64,000 bases of DNA, taken from the IMG/VR virus record IMGVR_UViG_3300022591_000002. One strand, given 5' to 3'. Position numbers and translations under genes: made by a program. The notes beneath the pieces were generated by a model, which saw nothing but the letters and a program-made list of their open reading frames with translations, searched no databases and was not told the DNA's origin. Position 1 is the stretch's first letter, and each line of letters opens with the position of its first letter. The DNA is from a virus. Its lineage: Duplodnaviria; Caudoviricetes. This document shows, piece by piece, positions 54,464 through 63,549 of this stretch.

Positions 54464-55374
54464 TGCAAACAGTTATTCCAAAGATTGTTAGTGCTGGATC
54501 AAAGGACTTTGAAGAAGTTTCCTTTGGTTGGTTGCTGACTGATTGGTGTAACTATGATTGCAGTTATTGTTCTAGCAAAGGTTGGCTAGTTGATAAGTTT
54601 GATAGAAGCAAATATCGCACAGCTTTAATTGTTCCATTTCGATTAAAAAATATAGACGTAAACTTTACAATTGATCTAGCAGGTGGTGAGCCAACGGTTC
54701 ATCCTTATCTTAATGAGATACTTAAAAGCCTAGCTGATATCAATGCTTGCAAACGCATTGTAGTTAATACAAACCTTTCTAGATCATTGCGTTACTTTAA
54801 GAATCTATACAAACATGATAAGATTATGATATCAGCTTCTTATCATGTTGAACACGATAATGAAGACTTTGTTAAGAAATGCCTAGAGCTTAAGAACGAT
54901 AACTTTGTTGTTCATATTAATATTATTGATAATCCCATACACTGGCCTGCAATACTAAAACTAATTGAAACGTGTAGAGCAAATGATATCAATTATGCAT
55001 TTAATTCGTTGCACTCTACTGAGTATAAAGAAATAAATTATACTCCAGAATGTTTTGAAATGTTCAACGACCTTAATACAACTATTAAAGACCGTTACTA
55101 CTACGCATATGAAGACGGTACTACAGAACATCTTAGCTCATTTGAAATTAAACAAAAAAGCCTACACAAGTTTTTAGGTTATAAGTGTACAACACTAAAA
55201 TATCAAATACAATTTGATGGACGCATTGTTAGAGAATGTAACAGAGAACCAGTTACAGCTATGTTTCCAAAACGCAAAGACTTTTTTAAAACAATAACAT
55301 GTCCGCAAGCACAAGGGTGCGATTGCGATGTGATGCTAAATTATTACAAGGAATTACCCAATGTTTACGCTTGA
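54460..55374 (+). CDS. Radical SAM enzyme 2 (twitch-like C-terminus)
   Basis: CNYDCSYC, AGGEPT, NTNLS; C..DGRIVREC..CPQAQGCDC. Confidence 0.85.
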   Translation: MMQTVIPKIVSAGSKDFEEVSFGWLLTDWCNYDCSYCSSKGWLVDKFDRSKYRTALIVPFRLKNIDVNFTIDLAGGEPTVHPYLNEILKSLADINACKRIVVNTNLSRSLRYFKNLYKHDKIMISASYHVEHDNEDFVKKCLELKNDNFVVHINIIDNPIHWPAILKLIETCRANDINYAFNSLHSTEYKEINYTPECFEMFNDLNTTIKDRYYYAYEDGTTEHLSSFEIKQKSLHKFLGYKCTTLKYQIQFDGRIVRECNREPVTAMFPKRKDFFKTITCPQAQGCDCDVMLNYYKELPNVYA

Positions 55375-56485
55375 AATATCCGTAACTGAAAAATGTAACT
55401 TAGGTTGTCCCTACTGTTATGTTGCCAATCGCCCTACATGGATGACTCCAGAAGTTTTTGACAACGCTATGCCAGAGCTATACAATCTAATGTCTCGCAG
55501 TGGAGATAGAGACTATTATGTTAGTTTCTTTGGCGGAGAACCTCTGTTAAACTTTGATTTGATCAAATATGCTGTTCCTAAACTAAAAGCAGATCCAAGA
55601 TGTAAAGGTATTAACATCATTACCAATCTAACTATGATCGATGATGAAAAATACAAGTTTATTAAAGAGAACAATGTAGGAGTTAGTTGGAGTTTTGATG
55701 GAATGAGTTCTAACACCACTCGTCCATTGTTGCCCTTGTTAGAAAACACTAATCCAGAAACTGGCGAGTTGTTCAACGGCATCCTCGATATGTACAACTT
55801 TAAGAAGGATCTTATTATGGATCTAACTAACGGTTGTAAAGTTATGATATGGCCAGGCAATACTAAAGACATGGCAGAGAACTTTGAGTTCTTGCTGGAC
55901 TGGGGCATTGCACACCCTGACTTCAGTATTGTACGTGATGACGTTTGGAAGCGTGACGACATTCTAGAGTTTGGTGTTGAGTGTGAACGTCTAGCTACTG
56001 CATGGATCTCAAAGATTAAACAAGGCATACCATGTTCAGTTGGCTTCCTACGCCTAGCTATATTAGATATCTTGTTTGGGCTTGTAAAAGGTAAACGAGC
56101 GTTTGGTTGCTTTGCAGGAACTAACGGTGGTGTGCTTATGAGCTCAGGAGAGTTTTATCCTTGTGCTCGCTTTGCAAGTAAAAAGATTATGAAAATGGAT
56201 AGTGAATATGATTTCCAGTACTATCAAAAGATATTCAATCCACACAGCTATGACAAATGCCAACCCTGCGATCTTAAGCAGGTATGTAACGCAGGATGTA
56301 CTTACAGTCAAGTAACCAATGACAACAAGCCGTTAGACAGTATCTGTGAATTGTTCCATATCTATTATCAACAGGCTATGCGTGTTGTAGAAGAGTGCAA
56401 AGATGAACCTTTGTTCCAAGATTTAATATTGCATTATCTTGATAACATTGGTGTAGAAAATGAAGGTGTAGAATGCAGGAACTAA
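55361..56485 (+). CDS. Radical SAM/SPASM enzyme 3
   Basis: CNLGCPYC, FGGEPLL; CFAG..GEFYPC; CQPCDLKQVCNAGC. Confidence 0.92.
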   Translation: MFTLEISVTEKCNLGCPYCYVANRPTWMTPEVFDNAMPELYNLMSRSGDRDYYVSFFGGEPLLNFDLIKYAVPKLKADPRCKGINIITNLTMIDDEKYKFIKENNVGVSWSFDGMSSNTTRPLLPLLENTNPETGELFNGILDMYNFKKDLIMDLTNGCKVMIWPGNTKDMAENFEFLLDWGIAHPDFSIVRDDVWKRDDILEFGVECERLATAWISKIKQGIPCSVGFLRLAILDILFGLVKGKRAFGCFAGTNGGVLMSSGEFYPCARFASKKIMKMDSEYDFQYYQKIFNPHSYDKCQPCDLKQVCNAGCTYSQVTNDNKPLDSICELFHIYYQQAMRVVEECKDEPLFQDLILHYLDNIGVENEGVECRN

Positions 56486-56814
56486 AACCTAAAAAGACTT
56501 ATCGTAGTATTACCAGCATCCCTGTTAAGGTTGAAATGCAACCTGTTGAACACAAGGCTGATCGCGTATTAACTACAGATGAACTACAAGAACAAATTGA
56601 AGAAGCACGTAAAGGTAAAGCCAAAGTAGACAGCAAGTACGTAGGTTTTGAGTTAGACGAACGCGGCCATCTGTTTGAATACAAATATGATTATGTTCGC
56701 TATCTAGATAATATGAGTCATATTATTAAAGAAGCTAAGGCACGTAAAAAGAGTAAAGCTGATGACCTTTATCAGAATACACATAAAATGCGTATAAGCA
56801 ATTCACCAACATGA
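56473..56814 (+). CDS. Hypothetical protein within the radical SAM operon
   Basis: Overlaps both neighbouring rSAM genes. Confidence 0.65.
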   Translation: MQELKPKKTYRSITSIPVKVEMQPVEHKADRVLTTDELQEQIEEARKGKAKVDSKYVGFELDERGHLFEYKYDYVRYLDNMSHIIKEAKARKKSKADDLYQNTHKMRISNSPT

Positions 56815-57701
56815 TACCTATTGTAATAGATAAACATCCTAACGCAGATTTCTACGTTGGTGACCAAACAGATAAACCTACTCCAGAAGGATCTGGAGTC
56901 AATGTCTTGTACTTTACTAACAAGTGCAATCTAGCTTGTACATATTGCTATGAAGATTTGCCAGGCCGTCCTCCGCAGATTATGACCAAGGATGAAATCA
57001 GAGAATCTATTGATGCTATCATTGCTAGAGAAAAGCCTGAGAATCAAACGCTGATTGTATTGTTTGGCGGTGAAGCAACACTAGAGTGGGAAAACGTTTG
57101 CTATGCTATGGAATATGCTTACAGCAAGAAAACTAATCTACATTTTAATCTTACTACTAATGGTATCAAATATCTAAGCCAAAAGTTTATTGATGAAACT
57201 ATAGGTAACTATTTTTATAAGAAACGTATGTTGAGTATTGACATTAGCTTCGATGGCATAGGCAACGGTGATCGTATTTTTCATAACGGCAAAGACAGCA
57301 CCGGATCTATGCTAGAGGTGTTGCGTAATTTGGTAAAAAACAATGTTAGATATAGACTACGATATACTATTCAAAAGAATAACATAGATCACTGGTATGA
57401 AGATGCGCACCATATTATTAAAACATTTAAACCCTTGCGATTCATTACATCAGTTGCTTGGTCTACGTTAGATCCTGATACCGACTTTGATAAACTTGAC
57501 ACCGCTAAGTTGAAGTTTAGAGCCGACTGGGTAGAAAAGAAGTTAAGTGTGCCCGTTTGCGAGCTGTTTTGCGACATGTGTAACGGATGCGGCGAACGAA
57601 AAGAACTAAAAACCTACTTTACCAATGAAGGTAATGTAACAACTTACGGGAATTATGAGAACTCTCCAAAGTTCCATGATTTCAAAGAAAAAATACAATA
57701 A
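56811..57701 (+). CDS. Radical SAM enzyme 4
   Basis: CNLACTYC, FGGEAT, TTNG, ISFDG; short CELFCDMCNGC tail. Confidence 0.88.
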   Translation: MIPIVIDKHPNADFYVGDQTDKPTPEGSGVNVLYFTNKCNLACTYCYEDLPGRPPQIMTKDEIRESIDAIIAREKPENQTLIVLFGGEATLEWENVCYAMEYAYSKKTNLHFNLTTNGIKYLSQKFIDETIGNYFYKKRMLSIDISFDGIGNGDRIFHNGKDSTGSMLEVLRNLVKNNVRYRLRYTIQKNNIDHWYEDAHHIIKTFKPLRFITSVAWSTLDPDTDFDKLDTAKLKFRADWVEKKLSVPVCELFCDMCNGCGERKELKTYFTNEGNVTTYGNYENSPKFHDFKEKIQ

Positions 57702-57725
57702 ATAACAAACTAAGAGAGATAATCT

Positions 57726-58133
57726 ATGACTAATAACGACACCCCAACTAACACCGTAATTATTGATAAGCTAAATCACATATTTGAGCTTATTTGTGAA
57801 ATTTCAGCAGAAGATCAGGCGCTTGGCGTCCTTCTTAAAGAGTTTTATACCCTATCGCTAAAAACAGCATCTGAGATTGCACAGCACGGTGGTGACAGAG
57901 ATAAAATTGATATTAGTCAGCATATTAGCATCATCAGCAATATATTAGGTGCTGATGTTCGTGCAATGATGGAACAGGTATTATTAGATCTATCTGCACA
58001 ACAGGTAGAATCAAATAAAGAAGCCGACTCTGCAACTTTAGAATTTATTACTTCTGATTTAGATGATTATGAAAAGTTCATTGCTCAAAACAAAGCTAAA
58101 GAAAGTTTAGATTTTCTTTCAAAAGAAATTTAA
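57726..58133 (+). CDS. Helical acidic hypothetical protein
   Basis: ORF between rSAM 4 and the Cys-rich protein. Confidence 0.65.
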   Translation: MTNNDTPTNTVIIDKLNHIFELICEISAEDQALGVLLKEFYTLSLKTASEIAQHGGDRDKIDISQHISIISNILGADVRAMMEQVLLDLSAQQVESNKEADSATLEFITSDLDDYEKFIAQNKAKESLDFLSKEI

Positions 58134-58145
58134 GGATTTAAGCAT

Positions 58146-58664
58146 ATGGGAAGTCGTAATATATCATCGTTTGACGGAAGCAAGTACGGAGTATCGTATT
58201 CTATATCATCACCTAGTGCCGGAGCAACAATTCAGTCAACCGACTTTGATACTCTAGTTGCAAGATACAATGATGAGTATGTAAGACGTAATCAAGGAAA
58301 TCCCGGTATTGGCCATCCAACTGGTACTATTTCGTCAGATACAATCAAAGGGTGGGCTAATGGCCTAAATGGTTTAGGAGGTCAAGGTGCTACAGGTAAT
58401 AGTTTAGGCGACCCTGGGCAAGACGTTAACTCAACAACCATTAGTCAAATTAATCAAGGTGCGGCATTTTCTGGTGCAGGTGGCGGAGCTCCTGGAAACA
58501 TATCTGGCGGTAATGTGTTTTATGCATCCGACTTTACAGGAGTAGCAAACGCAGTTATTAATGCAGGTGCTCAATGTTTATGTAATTGCAACTACTGTAC
58601 TTGTAATTGTAACTACTGTACCTGTAACTGCGATTACTCATGTACCTGTAACTGTAACTATTAA
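58146..58664 (+). CDS. Gly/Ser-rich protein with 12-Cys C-terminal repeat; putative radical SAM substrate
   Basis: Ends CLCNCNY CTCNCNY CTCNCDYS CTCNCNY; TAAGGA RBS. Confidence 0.8.
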   Translation: MGSRNISSFDGSKYGVSYSISSPSAGATIQSTDFDTLVARYNDEYVRRNQGNPGIGHPTGTISSDTIKGWANGLNGLGGQGATGNSLGDPGQDVNSTTISQINQGAAFSGAGGGAPGNISGGNVFYASDFTGVANAVINAGAQCLCNCNYCTCNCNYCTCNCDYSCTCNCNY

Positions 58665-58780
58665 TTGAAAGGCAAATATGAAACATAAAGAATTAGAAGG
58701 AATTAAGCCTTTAGCTGATGAAGCTCGTAAAGCAGTTGTAGAGCGCAATAAAGTATTGGAATCAAATCCAGCTTATCGTG
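58665..58780. other. Probable junction between two different phage sequences
   Basis: Gene content switches; first GCTGC seen at 58780. Confidence 0.7.
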
Positions 58781-59442
58781 CTGCTGCAAAAGATACTAGA
58801 GATATTCATGAACTGCAAAACGGTATGGAACACGTTGGAGCTGATAAATTTATTGAAAAATATGTTTTAGGCAATACAGATGTTGCTTCTAAAGCTAACG
58901 TACAAAGACTTATTAAAGAATTAGGTGAAAACTCACAAGGTCATCAAGCAATTAAAGCTGGTACTTTGCAACATTTAAAACATACTGCTGGAATTGTTAA
59001 CGATCAAGGAGCTTTTGGTCAAGCTGCTTATAACAAATTTGTTCATAAAAACTTAGGATCTAAGTTAGAAGACATTATGGAAGCTCAACACGTTGCTGAT
59101 GTTAAGGATCTTGGAGATGTTGCAAGATTGACTGAACATAGAAAAGGTGGAGCTGGTTTTGCTAATACAAGCAATACTCAAACAGTTGGCGCTAGAGAAC
59201 AAGCAAAACAAAATCTTAAACAACTTGGTAAAAATGTTGTTGCTGGAGCTGCCGAAGCTGCTGTCAATCTTAAAACATTAGGATTTGGTGGTACTGCTGC
59301 AAGACATACTTACAGAGGATGGAAAGAAGGCGCTGAAGCAACTAAAGCGGCAGCAGAACAAGCAGAAAAACTCAGAGAAACTTTGGATCTTGGATCTGCT
59401 GTAAAAAAACATAGCTTATCAGACATACAAAAAGGAAAATAA
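58678..59442 (+). CDS. Virion (ejection-type) protein, possibly a C-terminal fragment
   Basis: Ala/Lys-rich helical protein directly upstream of a fibre gene, as in P22-like gene order. Confidence 0.45.
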   Translation: MKHKELEGIKPLADEARKAVVERNKVLESNPAYRAAAKDTRDIHELQNGMEHVGADKFIEKYVLGNTDVASKANVQRLIKELGENSQGHQAIKAGTLQHLKHTAGIVNDQGAFGQAAYNKFVHKNLGSKLEDIMEAQHVADVKDLGDVARLTEHRKGGAGFANTSNTQTVGAREQAKQNLKQLGKNVVAGAAEAAVNLKTLGFGGTAARHTYRGWKEGAEATKAAAEQAEKLRETLDLGSAVKKHSLSDIQKGK

Positions 59443-59444
59443 TA

Positions 59445-60191
59445 ATGGCATCAGTTCTTTTATCTCCAGTAGGAAATAGCGGTCAGATATTTACTGACAA
59501 TAATGGCGTTCCTTTAGCTGGTGGTCTTATCTATACATATCAAGCTGGTAGCTCTAGTCCTCTCGCTACATACACTACAAACAATGGAACTATTGCCAAT
59601 GCAAATCCTATTGTTTTAGATGCAAATGGTCGAGTACCAAATGAAGTTTGGTTATTTACTGGTTATAGCTATAAATTTATCATTCAAACAGCTACAGGAA
59701 CTTCTTTGCAAACTTTGGATAATATTTATCCTATTTTGCAAAATGCTCCTGCAAGCGCACCATCAGTTCCTAGTGGCGGTATTATTTTATGGTCAGGTTC
59801 TACAGGTTCAGTTCCTAGCGGATGGTATTTATGCGATGGAACAAACGGAACACCTGATTTACGCAACTCGTTCATAGTTGGCGCTGGTAATACATACGCA
59901 GTAGGAGCAACAGGTGGCTCTACTGATGCAATTGTAGTAAGTCATACCCATACAGCAACTTCTACAGTTACAGACCCTGGACACGTTCATACTTTAAGCC
60001 CATCTTATCAATCAAATGTAAATTCAGGACAAGGCGGTAGAAACGATGGCTCACAAAACAATCTTGTTTCTGCAACACAATCAGCAACAACAGGAATTAC
60101 AGTAGCTACAACTAATGCTACTGCTGGTACAAGTGGCACAAATCAAAATCTTCCTCCATATTATGCACTTGCATACATTATGAAATCTTAA
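59445..60191 (+). CDS. Tail fibre/spike with head-binding-like N-terminus and tail-collar domain
   Basis: GVPLAGGLIYTYQAG; GGIILWSG..PSGWYLCDGTNGTPDLR; NLPPYYALAYIMK. Confidence 0.8.
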   Translation: MASVLLSPVGNSGQIFTDNNGVPLAGGLIYTYQAGSSSPLATYTTNNGTIANANPIVLDANGRVPNEVWLFTGYSYKFIIQTATGTSLQTLDNIYPILQNAPASAPSVPSGGIILWSGSTGSVPSGWYLCDGTNGTPDLRNSFIVGAGNTYAVGATGGSTDAIVVSHTHTATSTVTDPGHVHTLSPSYQSNVNSGQGGRNDGSQNNLVSATQSATTGITVATTNATAGTSGTNQNLPPYYALAYIMKS

Positions 60192-60192
60192 G

Positions 60193-60432
60193 GTGAGCAA
60201 TATGTCTTTTGAACTTGACCCGGTTAAATATGGAATGCTTTGGAGTAAGGTGGAATCTTATGAAGATAAATTTGAAGCTATGTCTAAAAAAATGGATAAG
60301 CTGGAGTCTTCAATTGATGAACTCGTTGCTCTTGCCAATCGTAGTCGTGGCGGTCTGTTTATGGGCATTGGCATTATTTCAGCTATTAGTTCTCTTGTGG
60401 GATTCGTAGCGCATTGGTTCAGTTCAAAGTAA
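60193..60432 (+). CDS. Coiled-coil protein with C-terminal TM
   Basis: Heptad segment followed by a hydrophobic helix. Confidence 0.65.
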   Translation: MSNMSFELDPVKYGMLWSKVESYEDKFEAMSKKMDKLESSIDELVALANRSRGGLFMGIGIISAISSLVGFVAHWFSSK

Positions 60433-60456
60433 GGCGGTATAAGAAAGTGAACCTAT

Positions 60457-60906
60457 ATGTCAGATCCATTCGGTATTTCGGAAGGAGCAAAGGCTCTTAG
60501 CGGTAGTCTTGATAGCAGCAGAGAGGCTGCAAAAGGATTATCTAAAAGCATTGAAGGAATACAGCAAGACGGATTAGATGTAGCTCAACGCAAAGCAAAT
60601 GAAAGGCGTAGAGCATTACGAGAAGCAGAACATAAGAAGCAAACAGCGTTGATTAAAGCGCTTGAAGATTGGAACAAAAAGAAACAAATGAGCGATCAAG
60701 AAACAAAGTTAAAGATCGACTTTGTTAAAAAGTACGGTGCTAAAGAATGGGATGCTGTTTTAAGAATTAAGTTGGATATTGAGAATATGGAACGCAAAGC
60801 TAATGAAGAATTTCAACATGATCTTAAAGAAGTTCGTAAAGTTCAATTTTATTGTTTTGCTGTAGCAGCTCTAATAGCTTGGTATTTGACTTGGGGAATA
60901 AAGTGA
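60457..60906 (+). CDS. Coiled-coil membrane-anchored hypothetical protein
   Basis: C-terminal TM segment. Confidence 0.65.
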   Translation: MSDPFGISEGAKALSGSLDSSREAAKGLSKSIEGIQQDGLDVAQRKANERRRALREAEHKKQTALIKALEDWNKKKQMSDQETKLKIDFVKKYGAKEWDAVLRIKLDIENMERKANEEFQHDLKEVRKVQFYCFAVAALIAWYLTWGIK

Positions 60907-60987
60907 ACAATGAAAGATTTTTATGGTTTTTTATAGTTTTGTGTATTTGGCTTATTGTGGGAACTTTAATTATGGGAACTTATTAAT

Positions 60988-61386
60988 ATGTTTGGCATAG
61001 ATGACATTATTGGAGCTGGTCTTAAAATTATCGATAAGGTAATTCCTGATCCACAAGCTAAAGCTCAAGCTCAATTAGAATTGCAAAAGTTAGCAAACGA
61101 TGGTCAGTTAGCTGAACTTCAAGCTGACATGAACGAACAAAACAATGTATCTGATCGTTGGAAAGCTGACTTGCAGTCTGATAGTTGGTTATCTAAAAAT
61201 ATTAGACCAATGACTCTTATTGCAATTCTTGCTGGTTATTTTGTATTTGCTACATCTTCAGCTTTTGATTTGAATGTAAAACAAGCGTATGTAGAGCTTC
61301 TCGGTCAATGGGGAATGCTCATAATGTCAGCTTATTTTGGCGGTAGAACTTTAGAAAAGATTATGTCTAAAAAGGATGCAAAATGA
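60988..61386 (+). CDS. Holin (GTA 3TM-holin-like)
   Basis: IIDKVIPDP, RWKAD..SDSWLSKNIRP, AYFGGRTLEK; lysis context. Confidence 0.75.
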   Translation: MFGIDDIIGAGLKIIDKVIPDPQAKAQAQLELQKLANDGQLAELQADMNEQNNVSDRWKADLQSDSWLSKNIRPMTLIAILAGYFVFATSSAFDLNVKQAYVELLGQWGMLIMSAYFGGRTLEKIMSKKDAK

Positions 61387-61595
61387 ACAATAAAGAACAT
61401 ATATTGACAATTGCAGCTTGGTCTTTAGTTTGCGTTGTAATTGCTATGCTTTGTATGTTTGCTTTTGCCGTTATTGATCCTAATGTTGATGATGAAAAAG
61501 TATTTCAAATCATAGGGCCGGCATTTCAAACAATAGTTGGTGGTTTTATTGGTTTAATTACAGGAATTAAAATAGGATCAAATGATGACGAATGA
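61383..61595 (+). CDS. Two-TM membrane protein
   Basis: AFQTIVGGFIGLITG. Confidence 0.65.
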   Translation: MNNKEHILTIAAWSLVCVVIAMLCMFAFAVIDPNVDDEKVFQIIGPAFQTIVGGFIGLITGIKIGSNDDE

Positions 61596-62181
61596 TCAGT
61601 TGGAAGCTCTAGGAATTGATCCTAAATGGCTTGATCCTTTAAATAGCACTTTTGATAAATACGAGTTAAATACGCCAACTCGTCAAGCTGCTTTTATTGG
61701 TCAATGCGGTCATGAGTCAGGAAATTTTAAAACGCTGGAAGAAAATCTTCATTACAGCGCTAAAGGCTTAATGGCAACTTGGCATAGTCGTTTTCCTGAT
61801 GAAGCAACTGCTGACAAGTACGCTAATAATCCTGAGATGATCGCAAACAAGGTTTATGGCGGTAGAGCTGATCTTGGCAATACTGAAGACGGTGACGGAT
61901 GGCGCTTTCATGGAAGAGGCGTTATACAGTTGACCGGGCGTGCAAATTACAAAACTTGTGGTGATGCTATAGGCGTGGATCTAATAAACGCTCCTGAGCT
62001 GCTTTTAGAGCCTAAAAACGCTGTTATGAGCGCTGGATGGTTTTGGAACAAAAGAGGCTTAAATGCACTTGCAGACAATCAAGATTGGGAAACTATCACC
62101 AAAAGAATAAATGGCGGTACATTAGGTTTACAAGATAGAATCGATAAAACTCACAAAGCAATGGATATTTTAGGAGCTTAA
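61582..62181 (+). CDS. Endolysin, GH19 (chitinase-like) family
   Basis: AFIGQCGHESG, EENL.YS, FHGRGVIQLTGRANY, TKRINGG. Confidence 0.9.
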   Translation: MMTNDQLEALGIDPKWLDPLNSTFDKYELNTPTRQAAFIGQCGHESGNFKTLEENLHYSAKGLMATWHSRFPDEATADKYANNPEMIANKVYGGRADLGNTEDGDGWRFHGRGVIQLTGRANYKTCGDAIGVDLINAPELLLEPKNAVMSAGWFWNKRGLNALADNQDWETITKRINGGTLGLQDRIDKTHKAMDILGA

Positions 62182-62183
62182 AA

Positions 62184-62405
62184 ATGGCAACAAATTTCAC
62201 AATCAAAGAACACAAACCAGCAAAAGCTACAACAAAAGCGCATTATGTTGTTGAGCGTGAGCATGAGAAAAAAGAGCATAACGAGCTAGTTCGTTTAGAA
62301 AAAAAGCTCGATAAGCATATTGGATTGCCTATGGAAAAGGCTCACAAATCCGAAAAAGGAAACAGCCAAAAGGCTGCTCCTCTTCCAAATATGCGTAAGT
62401 ATTAA
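62184..62405 (+). CDS. Small basic His/Lys-rich protein
   Basis: AGGAG RBS. Confidence 0.6.
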   Translation: MATNFTIKEHKPAKATTKAHYVVEREHEKKEHNELVRLEKKLDKHIGLPMEKAHKSEKGNSQKAAPLPNMRKY

Positions 62406-62608
62406 CGCACTCTTGCTACTTTAGCTTTTCTTAAAACTGCCTCATATTGCTGCTTGGCTTGATCGTCAAGTTTGCGTAGAGGCAGTTCTTGAAAATATTT
62501 GTATTTAGCTTGATATTCAGGAAGTTCTGAAGGTCGAACCCAACCGTATTTAACTCTCCAGCGTTCTTCTATATCAGTTCCTGCTGCTGTCCAAATATAT
62601 TCGGTCAT
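62402..62608 (-). CDS. Hypothetical protein
   Basis: AGGAG RBS. Confidence 0.65.
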   Translation of the reverse strand: MTEYIWTAAGTDIEERWRVKYGWVRPSELPEYQAKYKYFQELPLRKLDDQAKQQYEAVLRKAKVARVR

Positions 62609-62617
62609 AGCATCTCC

Positions 62618-62872
62618 TTAAAATGGAATATCTGACTCCATATCAGCCAAATTAGTTGCTGGTGCAGCTCCTGCTGGTTTATCTTCAGGAACATTTAGGT
62701 AGGCAAATATAGCGCCTTCCTTCATAGCAAATAAAGGCAAATTCTCAATCTTAAGCATCAAACCATTCTTTGTTTCAAGAACTACGCCAATAGACTGATA
62801 CTTCTTTTTTACAATTCCTGCTTGGTCTTTATACTCGGAAACTGCTGCTTTTACAAAATATTTAACTGACAT
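62618..62872 (-). CDS. Small SSB-like protein with acidic ..DIPF tail
   Basis: C-terminal DMESDIPF; next to the exonuclease. Confidence 0.55.
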   Translation of the reverse strand: MSVKYFVKAAVSEYKDQAGIVKKKYQSIGVVLETKNGLMLKIENLPLFAMKEGAIFAYLNVPEDKPAGAAPATNLADMESDIPF

Positions 62873-63549
62873 TATTTACTCTCCATTAATTTAACTTCTG
62901 CTTCTACTTCATTTAAAAACTGATTAATTTCTGTTTCCATATAGAGAATAAACTCAGGATCTCTAGGAACATTGATTATTAATAATTTGCTTCTTTCAGG
63001 CATTCTTGGATCAAAGCTCACAAAATCGCACCATTTAGCACCAGTAACTGACATTTGTGCTTGCATCTGAATAATGTATTTTTGAGGCGGTTTTCCTTCT
63101 TTTACATAGCTCCAATGCGTAGCAGAGTTTGGACACTTAATCTCGATAAGACCATCACTACCAACAAGTCCATCAGGAGAGCAGCCAAACCAATCAATAG
63201 TAGGATGGTCAATAAATGGTACTTGATCAACGAAATTAAACGATGCAACTTCATACGCAACTCTTGCTTGCGGTTCTGTTGCTGTTCCCCATTCCATTGC
63301 TGCATTAGTGTAAGATTCCTCTATGGTCTTTGTAACTCGTTGCAAGGCAAGCTCAATCAGATAGTTTTGTCGACTAGCTGAAGCGCCTGATTTTGTTCTT
63401 GCAAGTATGTCAGCAACTCTAGAAGCTGTCACCTTTCCTCTACGCAGCTCATGCCATTCTGCCGTTCCTTGTTGCACAGTTTGAACCATTCCAGCAAACG
63501 GTATAGGTTCAAAAGCTGATAATCGATCTTCAGTTGTAAATGTAGTCAT
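62872..63549 (-). CDS. YqaJ/lambda-exonuclease family recombinase
   Basis: QGTAEW..RRGKVTAS, MEWG...EPQAR, GCSPDG, EIKCP, QMQAQM. Confidence 0.9.
   Translation of the reverse strand: MTTFTTEDRLSAFEPIPFAGMVQTVQQGTAEWHELRRGKVTASRVADILARTKSGASASRQNYLIELALQRVTKTIEESYTNAAMEWGTATEPQARVAYEVASFNFVDQVPFIDHPTIDWFGCSPDGLVGSDGLIEIKCPNSATHWSYVKEGKPPQKYIIQMQAQMSVTGAKWCDFVSFDPRMPERSKLLIINVPRDPEFILYMETEINQFLNEVEAEVKLMESK

Noticed and set aside
58575-58661. Cys-tail repeat as a DGR variable region or a slippage microsatellite
   Set aside because: No reverse transcriptase or template repeat; differences between copies are mostly synonymous and not adenine-specific.
58665-58700. Prophage or mobile-element attachment site at the junction
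   Set aside because: No direct repeat, tRNA fragment, integrase or transposase is visible in the window.
365-63381. Numerous 60-130-aa ORFs nested in or antisense to long genes (e.g. 4292, 11880, 16063, 30639, 55516, 63055)
   Set aside because: Shadow ORFs of well-supported genes, with no RBS, promoter or recognisable motifs.
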